DNA of 64,000 nt from an uncultured Planctomycetales bacterium. GTDB lineage: Bacteria; Omnitrophota; Gorgyraeia; Gygaellales; Profunditerraquicolaceae. The first letter of the stretch is position 1; the number at the start of each line of letters is the position of its first letter. Below the pieces are notes generated by a model that ran no database searches, was not told the origin of the DNA, and saw nothing but the letters and a program-made list of their open reading frames with translations. Of this stretch, positions 1-11,090 are shown piece by piece. The DNA lies in contig CAYRUB010000002.1 in the NCBI GenBank assembly GCA_964427405.1, forward strand, positions 4,741 to 68,740. Reading direction: 5' to 3'. Both the position numbers and the translations under genes were made by a program.

Positions 1-222
1 GGGCAGGTGCGCAGCTATAAATGGGTGGCGCAAAAAGCAGGCGCTCCGCATGCCTGTAGGGCAGTGGGGCAGGTTTTAAAACGCAACCCGTACCCCTTGA
101 TTATTCCTTGCCATCGCGTAATAATGAGTGATCAGAAAATAGGCGGTTATGTGTTTGGTTTGAAGAAAAAGAAATCTTTATTAGCATTAGAGAGGAAATT
201 AGTGAAGTGTTTAATTGGTTAA
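1..222 (+). CDS. ogt: Methylated-DNA-protein-cysteine methyltransferase, 5'-truncated by window edge
   Basis: RAVG...NP...IPCHRV active-site motif; frame open to position 1. Confidence 0.9.
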   Translation, partial: GQVRSYKWVAQKAGAPHACRAVGQVLKRNPYPLIIPCHRVIMSDQKIGGYVFGLKKKKSLLALERKLVKCLIG

Positions 223-1199
223 AGAAAAAATATACCATTAGAGGGCTTTGTTCTTTTACGGATTCAACCTTTCAGAGAGCAAGGGGCCTCTTGTTTTATT
301 TAAGCCTGCTTTTATTTTTTGGCGGGTTACCTTTTATTTTATCATTTGCCTTAGGTTACAAATTCAACGCGCATACCTTGAAATTTGTTAAGACCGGTTT
401 AATTTATATTAAAACCCAGCCTGAAGGAGCAAGGATATATCTTAATGGTAAGCTCATTCCGGATAAGAGTCCGGCGAGCATACAGGAGCTCTTGCCCGGA
501 GTTTATAAGATTACTTTATTGCTGGCGAAATATTACCCTTGGAAATCAGAGATAGACGTAGAGGCTGGTAAGGTCAGCCGTATTGACAAGGTTATTCTTT
601 TTCCTTTAAGGCCGGATCTGCAACAGTTAAACCAAAGAGGGTTTTCTTCTTTCCGCGTTGATATCGAAAAAGGGGTGATTTATTATTTAGACCAGGAGAA
701 TAAAATTGTCTATAGGTCCGAATTAGACGGAAGCAACTTTGATGATATTGCAAGCTTACCTGAAAAATTTGGTCAGATCAGTGGTTGGGATATTTCTGCG
801 GATAGAAGTAAGCTGTTTGTTTTTAACGCGCATCAAATCAGCGTGATTTTTCTTGATAGCCGGGATGATTATGCATATTCAGATTCTTTCGTGTACTTGG
901 ATTATCCCCAGGAGAAAATAATCAAAATATTCTGGCATTCAGATAGCTACCATTTGGTAGTCCTGACTAATAAGCACGTCGCGGTGGTTGAATCCAGGTC
1001 ATTAGCTAAAGCGGTTAATCTGATAGAATTAAACAAAGAGGCCGGGGAGGCATTTTACGATAATAAACGCCAGATACTTTATTTTAGCGATAACCAGAAA
1101 AGCCCTGATGGCCCATCTTACAATAACCTGTATAAACTGGAATTGAGCCCCGATTTTTATTTATTGGAAAGGTTAATGAAAAAGAAAGCAAATGAATAA
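207..1199 (+). CDS. Membrane-anchored PEGA-domain protein with probable beta-propeller C-terminus
   Basis: N-terminal TM; TG.IYIKTQPEGARIYLNGK...LLPGVY PEGA pattern; exact start uncertain. Confidence 0.75.
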   Translation: MFNWLKKKYTIRGLCSFTDSTFQRARGLLFYLSLLLFFGGLPFILSFALGYKFNAHTLKFVKTGLIYIKTQPEGARIYLNGKLIPDKSPASIQELLPGVYKITLLLAKYYPWKSEIDVEAGKVSRIDKVILFPLRPDLQQLNQRGFSSFRVDIEKGVIYYLDQENKIVYRSELDGSNFDDIASLPEKFGQISGWDISADRSKLFVFNAHQISVIFLDSRDDYAYSDSFVYLDYPQEKIIKIFWHSDSYHLVVLTNKHVAVVESRSLAKAVNLIELNKEAGEAFYDNKRQILYFSDNQKSPDGPSYNNLYKLELSPDFYLLERLMKKKANE

Positions 1200-2685
1200 G
1201 ACTAAGATCATAAAGCGAGTTTTTGAGATTATCCCCGGGGGCCTGTCCTGGGGAATAATCATTTCACTTATCCTTCTTTCGGTTAAATATCCAATAGCCA
1301 GTGCTATTATCATTATTACCTTTGATTTTTATTGGATTATCCGCACAATTTATTTGACTACGCTTTTGGTCATGGCGCATCACCAAATTTCCTGTCAAAA
1401 GGGTGAAGATTGGCTAGGGCGTTGTTTAAGCCTGGGGCAGCAAAAAGATTGGTCGGATTTGTATCAATTAGTTATATTCCCGGCCTACAATGAAGGCCTG
1501 GAGGTTTTGCGGCCATCTTTGAAAGCTTTAAGTATGAGCCATTATCCTAAGGAAAAGTTTATCGTGGTTATGGCTTTTGAAGAAAGGAGCTCTCAGGCGC
1601 ACGATAATGCTTTAGCTTTGGAGAAAGAGTTCAGCGGGAAATTTGGCGCGTATTTGTCTACTTTCCATCCTGATAACCTGCCCGGGGAGAGCCGTACTAA
1701 AGGTGCGAATGCTACTTGGGCAGCTGAGGCCGCTAAAAAGTTTATCGACACCCGGGGGATTGGTTACGAGCATGTAATAGTTTCTTGCTTTGATGCGGAT
1801 ACTTGTGTTGAGCCGGAATATTTTGGTTGCTTGAGCTATTATTTTTTGACTTCAGATAAACCGCATCAGGCAAGTTATCAGCCTATGCCGGTTTATAATA
1901 ATAATATTTGGCAGGCCCCATCCTTTGCCAGGCTGGTTGAGATTAGCAGTTCGTTCTGTCAGATGATTGAGAGTATGCGTCTTGAGAAATTTGTTACATT
2001 CTCCAGCCATAGTATGAGCTTTAAGACTTTGGTCGAGGTGGATTACTGGCCGAGGAATATGATTTCGGATGATTCGGTAATTTATTGGAAGGGGTTTTTG
2101 CATTTTAACGGTGATTATCGCGTAGTCCCGTTATATATTACAGTTTCCATGGATGTAGCCTACTCCAGTAATATTTGGCGGACTATGGTTGTGCAGTATA
2201 AACAGAAAAGAAGGTGGGCCTGGGGTGTAGAGAATTTTCCTTTCGTGGCAATCGGATTCATGAAAAACAAAAATATTTCTTTGTTTAAGAAATTGAGAAG
2301 ATTGTTTCATCTCTTAGAAAGCCATGTCAGTTGGGCGATCTGGGCGGTTATTTTGGTGCTTATCGGGCCGCTGCCTATATTTTTTGGCGGAAGACTTTTT
2401 AGCCAGATGGCCATTGCGTATAATCTACCGAAGATTACCGGATTGTTGTTTCAATTTACCTTGTTGACTAGCTTGACCTGGATATTCTTAAGTTGGACAA
2501 TCCTTCCGCCGCGGCCTAAGGGGATTAGCTGGTTTAAGAATGTGCTTTTAATTTTGGAGTGGTTTTTTGTGCCGTTTATAATATTGATCCTCGGTTCTTT
2601 TCCGGCCCTAGATGCACAAAGCCGGCTTATGCTCGCAAAGTATATGGAATTTAATCCTACATTAAAAGGAAATAAGGTGTTATAA
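1192..2685 (+). CDS. Family 2 glycosyltransferase, integral membrane
   Basis: PAYNE, FDAD (DxD), SDD, QKRRW (QxxRW) motifs plus N- and C-terminal TM helices. Confidence 0.85.
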   Translation: MNKTKIIKRVFEIIPGGLSWGIIISLILLSVKYPIASAIIIITFDFYWIIRTIYLTTLLVMAHHQISCQKGEDWLGRCLSLGQQKDWSDLYQLVIFPAYNEGLEVLRPSLKALSMSHYPKEKFIVVMAFEERSSQAHDNALALEKEFSGKFGAYLSTFHPDNLPGESRTKGANATWAAEAAKKFIDTRGIGYEHVIVSCFDADTCVEPEYFGCLSYYFLTSDKPHQASYQPMPVYNNNIWQAPSFARLVEISSSFCQMIESMRLEKFVTFSSHSMSFKTLVEVDYWPRNMISDDSVIYWKGFLHFNGDYRVVPLYITVSMDVAYSSNIWRTMVVQYKQKRRWAWGVENFPFVAIGFMKNKNISLFKKLRRLFHLLESHVSWAIWAVILVLIGPLPIFFGGRLFSQMAIAYNLPKITGLLFQFTLLTSLTWIFLSWTILPPRPKGISWFKNVLLILEWFFVPFIILILGSFPALDAQSRLMLAKYMEFNPTLKGNKVL

Positions 2686-2689
2686 TCAA

Positions 2690-2805
2690 GCAATTGCCTG
2701 CCTTTTAGCAGGCAATTGCGCAGTCCTGCCTGCCCCTTTGGGGCATGCAGGGCAAGCAAACTATTTTTGCGAAGTCCCGCATGTTACGGTTGAAAGCGTG
2801 CGGGA
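2690..2805. repeat. Cluster of three GC-rich palindromes (REP-like)
   Basis: GCAATTGCCTGC/GCAGGCAATTGC (2690-2719); CCTGC.TGCCCC/GGGGCA.GCAGG (2725-2751); TCCCGCA/TGCGGGA (2775-2805). Confidence 0.6.
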
Positions 2806-2835
2806 ATAATGCTAAGATTTATTCTTGGAGGGAAA

Positions 2836-3906
2836 ATGGATATCAAGAAATTAATGCAGGAGATGGTAGCTAAAGGCGGCTCGGATCTATTTTACCGGGC
2901 CGGGGGTACGCCGCGCCTGCGTATCGATGGCAAGATTGTTTCTATGGGGGATCATATTTTAAGCGTAGAAGATGTTATGCTCGCTACTCAGCAGCTGGCC
3001 AATTTTAAGCAGCTTGATATTTTTAGGAATAATATGGATGTGGATTTTGCCGTCTACCTTGAGGAATTTGGCCGCCGCTTCCGGGTAAGTATATTTATGC
3101 AAAGGAACTGGCCGTCTATTGTTATTAGAAATGTGCGTAATTATATATCTACGTTTGAGGAGTTAAATCTCCCCGTTGAAATATTAAAGAAATTATCACT
3201 TGAAACCCGCGGCCTGGTGCTTTTAACCGGAAGCATGGGCAGCGGAAAATCCACGACCATTGCCAGTATGCTGGAGTATATAAATAGCAGCTCCAAGAAG
3301 CATATTTTGACTGCTGAAGAGCCGATTGAGTTTACCTTTGAAGATAAACAATCAATCATCAACCAGCGGGAACTAGGTATTGATGTTGCCTCTTATTCGG
3401 TCGCCCTGCGTTCCTTTACCTTACAGAGCCCGGATGTAATGTACATCGGCAATATCCGTGATTATGAAACTGTTTCCAGCGCAATGACCGCCGCGGAAAC
3501 CGGGGTGCTGGTTTTAAGCACCCTGCATACCATTAATGCTTCCCAGAGCGTGGAAAGATTGATTAATTTTTTCCCCCCGCATCAGCATCAAGAGGCGAGG
3601 AATCAATTAGCCACATTGTTAAAAGGGGTAATCTCCTTACGCCTGGTGCCTGCTAAAGATGGTTCAGGCCGTATTCCCGCCTATGAAATTATGCTTTTGA
3701 CTCCTACTATCAGCCGCCTGATCCGCGAGGGAAAGGTTTGGGAGATTCCTCAGTTTATTGATGATGGGGCGATATTCGGCATGCAGTCATTTAATCAGTC
3801 TTTGGTTAAGCTGGTTCAAGAGGGTAAGATTACCGAAGAGGATGCTGTTTTAGCTGCGGATAGCCGCGATGAATTTATGCTGGCCTTTAGGGGAATTAAG
3901 AAATAA
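2836..3906 (+). CDS. PilT/PilU-family type IV pilus ATPase with atypical Walker B
   Basis: GSMGSGKSTT Walker A, STLHT His box, TISRLIRE (AIRNLIRE-like); GGAGGG SD before ATG 2836. Confidence 0.85.
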   Translation: MDIKKLMQEMVAKGGSDLFYRAGGTPRLRIDGKIVSMGDHILSVEDVMLATQQLANFKQLDIFRNNMDVDFAVYLEEFGRRFRVSIFMQRNWPSIVIRNVRNYISTFEELNLPVEILKKLSLETRGLVLLTGSMGSGKSTTIASMLEYINSSSKKHILTAEEPIEFTFEDKQSIINQRELGIDVASYSVALRSFTLQSPDVMYIGNIRDYETVSSAMTAAETGVLVLSTLHTINASQSVERLINFFPPHQHQEARNQLATLLKGVISLRLVPAKDGSGRIPAYEIMLLTPTISRLIREGKVWEIPQFIDDGAIFGMQSFNQSLVKLVQEGKITEEDAVLAADSRDEFMLAFRGIKK

Positions 3907-3907
3907 G

Positions 3908-4031
3908 GAATTTCCCGACTCGTAAAATGCGGTAAAATTGTCGAAGATAATTTTACCGCACTCGTCGGGATAAATTCACAGACGGCCTTGCGGCCTACGA
4001 CTTATGTCGCTTTCACTCCATAAGTCGTCTG
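3908..4031. repeat. Two long intergenic hairpins (REP/MITE-like)
   Basis: TGCGGTAAAATTGTC-GAA-GATAATTTTACCGCA nested in CCCGAC/GTCGGG; ACGACTTATG/CATAAGTCGT (3997-4028). Confidence 0.6.
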
Positions 4032-4051
4032 TTCATTTAAAGGAGATAGCC

Positions 4052-5162
4052 ATGCTTGAAGAAATCAAAACTAAATTAGCTGATCTTGGTTTAAGGATTG
4101 AGAATTTAAGAGGTTATCTTTGACGTTGTAAATAAAAAGCAACGGATAGATGTTTTATCCGGCCAAATGTCCGCCGCAGATTTCTGGGATAATACGGATC
4201 GTCCTAGAAAAATAGTTAAAGAATTAAAAATCCTTAAAACAATAGTCGAGCCTTGGGAGTTGGCTGACAAAAAATACCAGGAGCTTAGAGAGCTTGTTCC
4301 TTTAGTTAAGGAAGATGATCATGAGCTGCTCTTGGATTTAGTACGCAATACCGATAGTCTCCTGTCGGTGATAGATAAACTGGAATTTCAGGTGCTCTTA
4401 GGCGGACCCCTGGATAAGAACAGTGCGATCTTAAGTATTAATGCCGGAGCAGGCGGCACAGAATCCTGCGATTGGACAGGGATGCTCTCTAGAATGTACA
4501 GCCGTTTCGCGGAAAGTCACGGCTATAGCGTAACAACAACTGATCTGTTGGCCGGCGAGGAAGCCGGGATTAAAAATATCACTGTATTGATTGAGGGTGA
4601 TTACGCTTATGGCTATTTAAAGGCAGAGCGCGGAGTGCATAGATTAGTACGTATTTCTCCTTTTGATGCCAATAAACGCAGACATACATCTTTTGCCTCG
4701 GTAGATGTAATTCCTGAAATAGAGGAAGATTTAGATATAAAACTCGAAGATAAGGATCTGCGCATAGACGTTTATCGCGCTAAGGGCGCCGGTGGACAAA
4801 GTGTTAACACTACGGATTCAGCGGTAAGGATTACCCATATTCCCACTGGAATTGTCGCGCAATGCCAGAATGAGCGTTCGCAGCACCAGAATAAACAAAC
4901 TGCTTTAAAGATATTGAAGGCGCGTATTTATGAGGCCGAGCAGAAAAAAAGGGAAGCGGAATTAAAACAGCAGGATTCAGACAAAAAGAAGATTGAATGG
5001 GGCAGCCAAATCCGTTCTTATGTCTTGCATCCGTATAATTTAGTCAAAGATCATCGCACGGATTTTGAAACCGGGGACAGCGGAAAGGTTTTAGATGGGG
5101 GCCTGGATGAATTTATTGAAGCCTTCCTTAAATTAAGCGCAAATAAACAAGGACTTCGCTAA
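4052..5162 (+). CDS. prfB: Peptide chain release factor 2 with programmed +1 frameshift
   Basis: SD AAGGAG, ATG 4052, 23 codons ending AGA GGT TAT CTT TGA C (CTT 4118-4120); +1 frame joins ORF 4167-5162 with SPF and GGQ motifs. Confidence 0.97.
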
Positions 5163-5183
5163 ATAAAAACTTAGGGTGCTTGA

Positions 5184-8105
5184 ATGCTAGGGTTAATTAA
5201 AAAAGTTATTCTTAAGAATAAACAGGATGCCATCAGGAAGAAATTCCCTGGGGTAAAAATTACCCTGCATTCTGAGATGCCTAGTCCTTCAATGAATAAA
5301 ATGGTTGAATTGGCTAAGGCGGTTAATCTGGTAAATTCATTTGAAGCCAGGATAAGTCAGCTTAGTGATGCCGAGCTTTGCGCTAAGACGGATGAGTTCA
5401 GGAAGCATTTAATCAATAAATCTGAGCAATTTGCGCAAGATTTAGAAGAACTGCAACAAGCCATGCTTTCAGTGGCGATGCCTGAGGAAAAGGAGAAATT
5501 AAAAGAAAAGCTTAAAGTCAGCCGGAATAGGATCTTTGCTGATATATTACCCGAGGCTTTTGCCGTGGTCAGAGAGGCATCTAAACGCACCATAGGCTTA
5601 AGGCATTTTGATGTACAGATTGCCGGCGGCATTATTCTGCATGAGGGCAGGATCGCGGAGATGTCTACGGGAGAAGGAAAGACTTTAGTTGCGACATTGG
5701 CAGCCTATCTGAATGCTTTATTAGGCAAAGGTGTGCATATTGTTACGGTCAACGACTATCTTGCCCGGCGCGACCGTGAATGGATGGGGCCGATTTATGA
5801 ATTTTTAGGACTATCTGTAGGCACTATTCAGCATGATATGTCCGACGAAGAAAGAAAGATTGCTTATTCCTGCGATATAACGTATGGCACAAACAATGAG
5901 TTTGGTTTTGATTATCTGCGCGATAATATGAAATATTCTATCGCAGAATTAGTGCAGAGGCCTTTTTATTATGCCATTGTGGATGAGGTTGATTCAATAC
6001 TGATTGATGAGGCGCGTACGCCGTTAATTATCTCAGGCCCCGCGGAGGAGTCTACTGATAAATATTACACCGCCAAGAAAATAGCCGAAGGGTTAAATGG
6101 CCGCCGGGTTACGGAAAAAGACGAGATTGACGCTAAATATAAAGGAGTGGATTTAGGCCAGGGGTTTGATTATGTGGCGGATGAAAAGGCACAGACCGTT
6201 GCCCTTACCGAAGACGGGGAACTCAAGGCCGCCAAGCTTTGGGGTATTGACAGCTTGCATACTTTAGAAACAATCGAATACCGGCATCATACTATCCAGG
6301 CTTTACGGGCAAAAGAGTTTTTTCAGCTCGATGTGGATTATGTAGTTAAGGATGGCGCGGTAATTATTGTGGATGAATTTACCGGCAGGTTGATGCCGGG
6401 CAGGCGCTGGTCAGACGGCCTGCATCAGGCTATTGAGTCTAAAGAGGGATTAAAAATTGAGCGGGAAAACCAGACCTTGGCCACGGTTACTTTTCAGAAT
6501 TATTTCCGTATGTATGAAAAGCTGGCGGGAATGACCGGCACGGCCTTTACCGAAGCTAATGAATTCAGGAATATCTATCAGTTGGATGTAGTTGTCCTGC
6601 CGACAAACCAGCCTCTGGTGCGTAAAAATTATCCCGACCGTATTTATAAGACTGAAAAAGAAAAGTTTGCTGCTGTAGTTGAGGAGATTGCCGAGCTGTA
6701 TAATTTAGGTAAACCTGTCTTGGTCGGCACAATTACTATTGATAAGTCTGAGATGCTTTCTGAGATGCTTAAGCGCCGGGGGATATCACATCAGGTGTTG
6801 AATGCCAAATATCATGAGATGGAGGCCGAAATTATTGCTCAGGCTGGTAGGTACAAAGGAGTAACTATAGCTACGAACATGGCCGGCCGCGGCACGGATA
6901 TCCTTTTAGGCGGTAATCCTGAATTTATTGCCAGGAATGTGGCTAAACAAAAATTAAATCCCGAAGATCCAAATTATCTTAGCGAATATAAAGTTATCTT
7001 TGAGCGGTATAAGTCAGAGGCTGCATTAGAACATGATAAGGTAGCCGGATTAGGTGGCCTGCATGTCTTAGGCACAGAGCGCCATGAGGCCAGGCGTATT
7101 GATAATCAGCTGCGCGGAAGAGGCGGCCGCCAGGGGGACCCCGGGTCTTCGCGTTTTTACGTATCACTAAAGGATGATCTTATGCGTTTGTTTGGTTCAG
7201 ACAGAATCATCGGATTAATGGATAAGTTGGGCTTAGAAGAAGGACAGGTTATCGAGCATCCCTGGGTTACCGGTTCCATTGAGATTGCCCAGCGTAGGGT
7301 TGAGCAGCATAACTTTGAGATCAGAAAACAACTCTTAGAGTATGATAATGTAATGAATAAGCAAAGAGAGATTATCTATGGTCAGCGCCTGCAGATCCTG
7401 GAGGGTTTTTCTCTAAAAGAGAATATTGCGGGAATTATCAATAAGCTTGTTGAGGAGTACCTGCGAATTTACAATCAGCCTGATACCTCCGGGGTGGATG
7501 CCGCAGGTTTGGCCAGTTTTATGGCTTTAAAGTTTGGCCTGGAGTTTAATGCGCAAGGATTTGTTGACCGGAATGAGCAGGATATTAAAGAGGCGCTATC
7601 CACACAACTGCTTGAAGCTTATGAAGCTAAGGAAAAGGCGATTACCCCTGAGTTAATGCGCAATCTAGAAGGTATGGTGTTTCTGCAGATTATAGATAGT
7701 AAATGGAAGGATCATCTTTATGCTATGGACAGTCTGCGTGAAGGTATAGGCCTGCGTGCCTACGGGCAGCGGGATCCTTTGATTGAATATAAACGCGAGG
7801 CTTTTGAAATGTTCAGCCAGATGATAAGCAGCATTGAAGAAGAGGCTGTGGAGACTATTTTTAAAGTACAACCGGCTAAGCCGGATAGATTCCGGGGGGT
7901 TTTCAGCTCCTTACCTAAAGAGCTCTCTCATCCGGAGTCAGTTAAATTACAAATTCCTCCTGAGGGAGAAAATGCTTCAGAAACAATGACTCCAACTAAG
8001 CAAGCAGCTGCTAAGCCCGTACAATCCCATCAGCCTAAGGTGGGCCGTAATGACCCTTGCCCTTGCGGTTCAGGAAAAAAATATAAAAAGTGTTGTTCAA
8101 AATGA
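5184..8105 (+). CDS. secA: Preprotein translocase ATPase SecA
   Basis: [41 protein letters not shown]-terminal [18 protein letters not shown]. Confidence 0.98.
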   Translation: MLGLIKKVILKNKQDAIRKKFPGVKITLHSEMPSPSMNKMVELAKAVNLVNSFEARISQLSDAELCAKTDEFRKHLINKSEQFAQDLEELQQAMLSVAMPEEKEKLKEKLKVSRNRIFADILPEAFAVVREASKRTIGLRHFDVQIAGGIILHEGRIAEMSTGEGKTLVATLAAYLNALLGKGVHIVTVNDYLARRDREWMGPIYEFLGLSVGTIQHDMSDEERKIAYSCDITYGTNNEFGFDYLRDNMKYSIAELVQRPFYYAIVDEVDSILIDEARTPLIISGPAEESTDKYYTAKKIAEGLNGRRVTEKDEIDAKYKGVDLGQGFDYVADEKAQTVALTEDGELKAAKLWGIDSLHTLETIEYRHHTIQALRAKEFFQLDVDYVVKDGAVIIVDEFTGRLMPGRRWSDGLHQAIESKEGLKIERENQTLATVTFQNYFRMYEKLAGMTGTAFTEANEFRNIYQLDVVVLPTNQPLVRKNYPDRIYKTEKEKFAAVVEEIAELYNLGKPVLVGTITIDKSEMLSEMLKRRGISHQVLNAKYHEMEAEIIAQAGRYKGVTIATNMAGRGTDILLGGNPEFIARNVAKQKLNPEDPNYLSEYKVIFERYKSEAALEHDKVAGLGGLHVLGTERHEARRIDNQLRGRGGRQGDPGSSRFYVSLKDDLMRLFGSDRIIGLMDKLGLEEGQVIEHPWVTGSIEIAQRRVEQHNFEIRKQLLEYDNVMNKQREIIYGQRLQILEGFSLKENIAGIINKLVEEYLRIYNQPDTSGVDAAGLASFMALKFGLEFNAQGFVDRNEQDIKEALSTQLLEAYEAKEKAITPELMRNLEGMVFLQIIDSKWKDHLYAMDSLREGIGLRAYGQRDPLIEYKREAFEMFSQMISSIEEEAVETIFKVQPAKPDRFRGVFSSLPKELSHPESVKLQIPPEGENASETMTPTKQAAAKPVQSHQPKVGRNDPCPCGSGKKYKKCCSK

Positions 8106-9577
8106 GTGAAGTAATCCTGTCTATTTTATCTGCTGGCTTATTGTCATTTTCCTTCTCCAGTTTTAATCTTTGGTTATTTGCCTGGTTTGGTTTTATCCCT
8201 TTTTTTATTGCACTAGAAAATAAATCTTTATTCCGGTCATTTATTATCGGCTATCTTTGCGGGATATTTTTTTGGAGCCTGACAATATATTGGCTTATTC
8301 ATGTTACTCTTCTGGGGCAGATAGTTTTAATTTTATATCTAGCTGTTTATTTTGGGGTTTTTGGTTGTTTGGTTTATTTATTCCGCTCTCTTTCTCCGGG
8401 TGTCCTGCTATTTTTTATGCCCAGCAGCTGGGTATTATTGGAATATTTACGCAGTTATTTATTTACAGGTTTTCCCTGGGCGCTAGCCGGGTTTTCGCAA
8501 TACAAAAATCTACCGGTTATCCAGATCGCTGATATAACCGGCTCCTGGGGGGTTTCATTTCTTGTGGTGTTGCTTAATGTCGGGTTTTATTTATTTTTAC
8601 GTAAGCGCATAAAAGCAAAAATTTTCTTAATTTGTGTTTGCATGTTATTTTTATCTTTGGCGTATGGTTTTTGCAGGTTGAGTTATAAACCTGGTTTGCC
8701 TTCTGATAAAGAGTGGCTTAAAGTTTCTGTAGTCCAGGGCAATATTCCTCAAGATTTAAAATGGGATAAGCAGGCAGCGGCCGGTATATTGAATAATTAT
8801 ATAGAATTAACCAGCGCGGCTGCTAAGGATGAGCCGGGTTTGATTATTTGGCCGGAGGCATCTGTGCCGGCCCTCTGGGGAGAGGATGCTGCTGATGCGC
8901 AATTTGCGCAGGTTTTTTCTTTAGCTGGCCGGCTAAAGATTAATTTACTGGTAGGCGCGGTTTCGCGCTCTGGTGAGGCTTATTTTAATAGCGCTTTATT
9001 TATTAATAATCTTGGTCAGCCGGAGAGAATATATAACAAGCTTCACCTGGTTCCCTTTGGTGAATATATCCCGTTTAGAAACACCTTTCCTTTTTTACAG
9101 ACTATTGCTCCTATCGGAGATATAGAACCGGGAAGAGAGTATACTATATTTAATCAACCCGCTGATTTTGCCGTACTTATCTGTTTTGAGGACCTTTTCC
9201 CGGAATTATCCCGGGAATTTATAAAAAGAGGGGCAAGATTTCTGGTGAATATCACCAATGATGCCTGGTATAAAAGAAGCAGCGCCCCATATCAGCATTT
9301 TGCGGCCTCCGTTTTTAGGGCAGTTGAAAATCATGTATATCTGGTCCGCTCAGCTAACACCGGGATCTCCGGGTTCATTGATCCGTTTGGCAGGCTTTCA
9401 TCAATAGTACAGGATGCTACGGGAAAGAATAGCTTTGTCAAAGGTTATAGTAGCCAAAATATTTGTTTAGCCCCTATCAGGCGTACAATTTATAACCGCT
9501 ACGGCGATCTTTTCGTAATTTTCTGCTTGCTACTTGACAGCTGTGTTATAATATCTTTTTTAAGAAAACGAAAATGA
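8102..9577 (+). CDS. lnt: Apolipoprotein N-acyltransferase
   Basis: [46 protein letters not shown]; ATGA overlap with secA stop. Confidence 0.95.
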   Translation: MSEVILSILSAGLLSFSFSSFNLWLFAWFGFIPFFIALENKSLFRSFIIGYLCGIFFWSLTIYWLIHVTLLGQIVLILYLAVYFGVFGCLVYLFRSLSPGVLLFFMPSSWVLLEYLRSYLFTGFPWALAGFSQYKNLPVIQIADITGSWGVSFLVVLLNVGFYLFLRKRIKAKIFLICVCMLFLSLAYGFCRLSYKPGLPSDKEWLKVSVVQGNIPQDLKWDKQAAAGILNNYIELTSAAAKDEPGLIIWPEASVPALWGEDAADAQFAQVFSLAGRLKINLLVGAVSRSGEAYFNSALFINNLGQPERIYNKLHLVPFGEYIPFRNTFPFLQTIAPIGDIEPGREYTIFNQPADFAVLICFEDLFPELSREFIKRGARFLVNITNDAWYKRSSAPYQHFAASVFRAVENHVYLVRSANTGISGFIDPFGRLSSIVQDATGKNSFVKGYSSQNICLAPIRRTIYNRYGDLFVIFCLLLDSCVIISFLRKRK

Positions 9578-10059
9578 AAAAAATCCTGGTAATTTCTTCA
9601 ATCATAGTATTGGCTTCTGCGTTCATAGGTCTGGTTTGGTTGGATAAGCAATATTTTATCTGTCCCATTGAATACAAAAGCGATATTCTTATTCGTAATG
9701 ATAACCGCGGGGATGGTTTATTTGCTTCCAGCCGTTCCGGCAGGAGAATACATAAAGGCATTGATCTTTTGGCCGATGTAGGCGAAGCTGTACTGGCTGC
9801 TAAAAGCGGCAAGGTGGTTAGTGCTACCCAGAACAAGGGAATGGGTAAATATGTGATTATCCGGCACCCGGATAAATATATTACTATCTATGGGCATCTC
9901 TCAGAGATCCTTGTGCAAAAAAATGATTACGTGCGCCAGGGCCAGGTTATTGGTAAAGTAGGCAAGACTGGTAATGCCAGGCCGCGCGATATGCTTCCGC
10001 ATCTGCATTTTGAAATCAGGAAAAACGGCGTTCCTCAGGATCCCCTTGAGTATATCTAA
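9574..10059 (+). CDS. M23 family metallopeptidase
   Basis: HKGID, YGHL, PHLHFEIR motifs; N-terminal anchor. Confidence 0.92.
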   Translation: MKKILVISSIIVLASAFIGLVWLDKQYFICPIEYKSDILIRNDNRGDGLFASSRSGRRIHKGIDLLADVGEAVLAAKSGKVVSATQNKGMGKYVIIRHPDKYITIYGHLSEILVQKNDYVRQGQVIGKVGKTGNARPRDMLPHLHFEIRKNGVPQDPLEYI

Positions 10060-10934
10060 TGTTCCAAAGGTTCCATATGTACTACGACGTCGGTTATCCC
10101 GGGGATGGCAGATTTGATTGCTTCTTCAATGTGGTCGCTTATTTGGTGGGCGTTATCGATGTGCATGTTGGGGTTAACCTGGACATGTAAATCAATATAA
10201 ATATCATCAATCCTGCCGCGGCTGCGTATCTTGTGGCAGGCGCGTACTCCTTTTGTTTTTAATACAATATCCCTAATTTTTTGGTCATCTAGAAAAACTG
10301 CTGTATCGCAGAGGACATCAGAGCTTTGTTTGGCTATTTCAAAAGCAGCAAAGCCGATAAACAATGATATAAGGATAGTGATAATCGGATCGATTATAGG
10401 AAGTCCTAACTTTATCACGATAAGCGAAGCGATTACCGAAAAAGAAGTAAAGATGTCTGCCCGTGTATGCATGGAATCAGAGATCAGGATATCGCTTTTT
10501 AAGTCCTGGCCTTTTTTATTTTCATAGCGCATTACCCAGATATTCACCGCTAAGGTGATAATCATGACTACAAAGCTGCTTATGTCAACCTGAGGCAGGA
10601 TGGGCTGGCTCAGGCGGGCCAATCCCTGTTTAATTAAATTAAATGAGACAATAAAGAGCATGGCGGAAATTGCCAGGGAGAATAATGTTTCGTATTTTTT
10701 ATGCCCGTAGGGATGGTCTTTATCTACCGGTTGGCAGGCGAAATGGATTCCCAATAACCCGATGACATTAGAAGTTCCGTCTGATAACGAATGGAAACCG
10801 TCTGCGGTCATACTTGAACAACGGCTGCTTAAACCGTAAACGATCTTGGCTAAGGCAACCAGCCAATTTAAAACAAGTATGATACAGAGGATCTTTCTTA
10901 TTTTTTGATAGTGCTTCTGAATATCGTCTACCAT
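10056..10934 (-). CDS. Cation diffusion facilitator (FieF-like)
   Basis: ADGFHSLSD, DHPYGH, HTRAD, VHMEP; start set at ATG 10934, 6 nt downstream of a TACAAT -10. Confidence 0.9.
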   Translation of the reverse strand: MVDDIQKHYQKIRKILCIILVLNWLVALAKIVYGLSSRCSSMTADGFHSLSDGTSNVIGLLGIHFACQPVDKDHPYGHKKYETLFSLAISAMLFIVSFNLIKQGLARLSQPILPQVDISSFVVMIITLAVNIWVMRYENKKGQDLKSDILISDSMHTRADIFTSFSVIASLIVIKLGLPIIDPIITILISLFIGFAAFEIAKQSSDVLCDTAVFLDDQKIRDIVLKTKGVRACHKIRSRGRIDDIYIDLHVQVNPNMHIDNAHQISDHIEEAIKSAIPGITDVVVHMEPLEH

Positions 10935-10940
10935 AAAAGT

Positions 10941-10968
10941 ATTGTATAACAAGTATAAGTTTTTGCAA
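10941..10968 (-). promoter_or_regulatory. Sigma70-type promoter of CDF gene
   Basis: Minus strand TTGCAA-N16-TACAAT-N6-ATG. Confidence 0.6.
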
Positions 10969-11055
10969 ATTATTTCCTCAGTAATATTACTTCCGGTGTC
11001 CTTCCGCTATGCAGATAAAATATCGTCGAAAACACCCTGTTTACCGGTGATTGTC

Positions 11056-11084
11056 TTGACTAAAAATTAGCTAAATGATAGAAT
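11056..11084 (+). promoter_or_regulatory. Sigma70-type promoter of PIG-L gene
   Basis: TTGACT-N17-TAGAAT with TG extension; ATG 6 nt downstream. Confidence 0.7.
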
Positions 11085-11090
11085 ATATTT

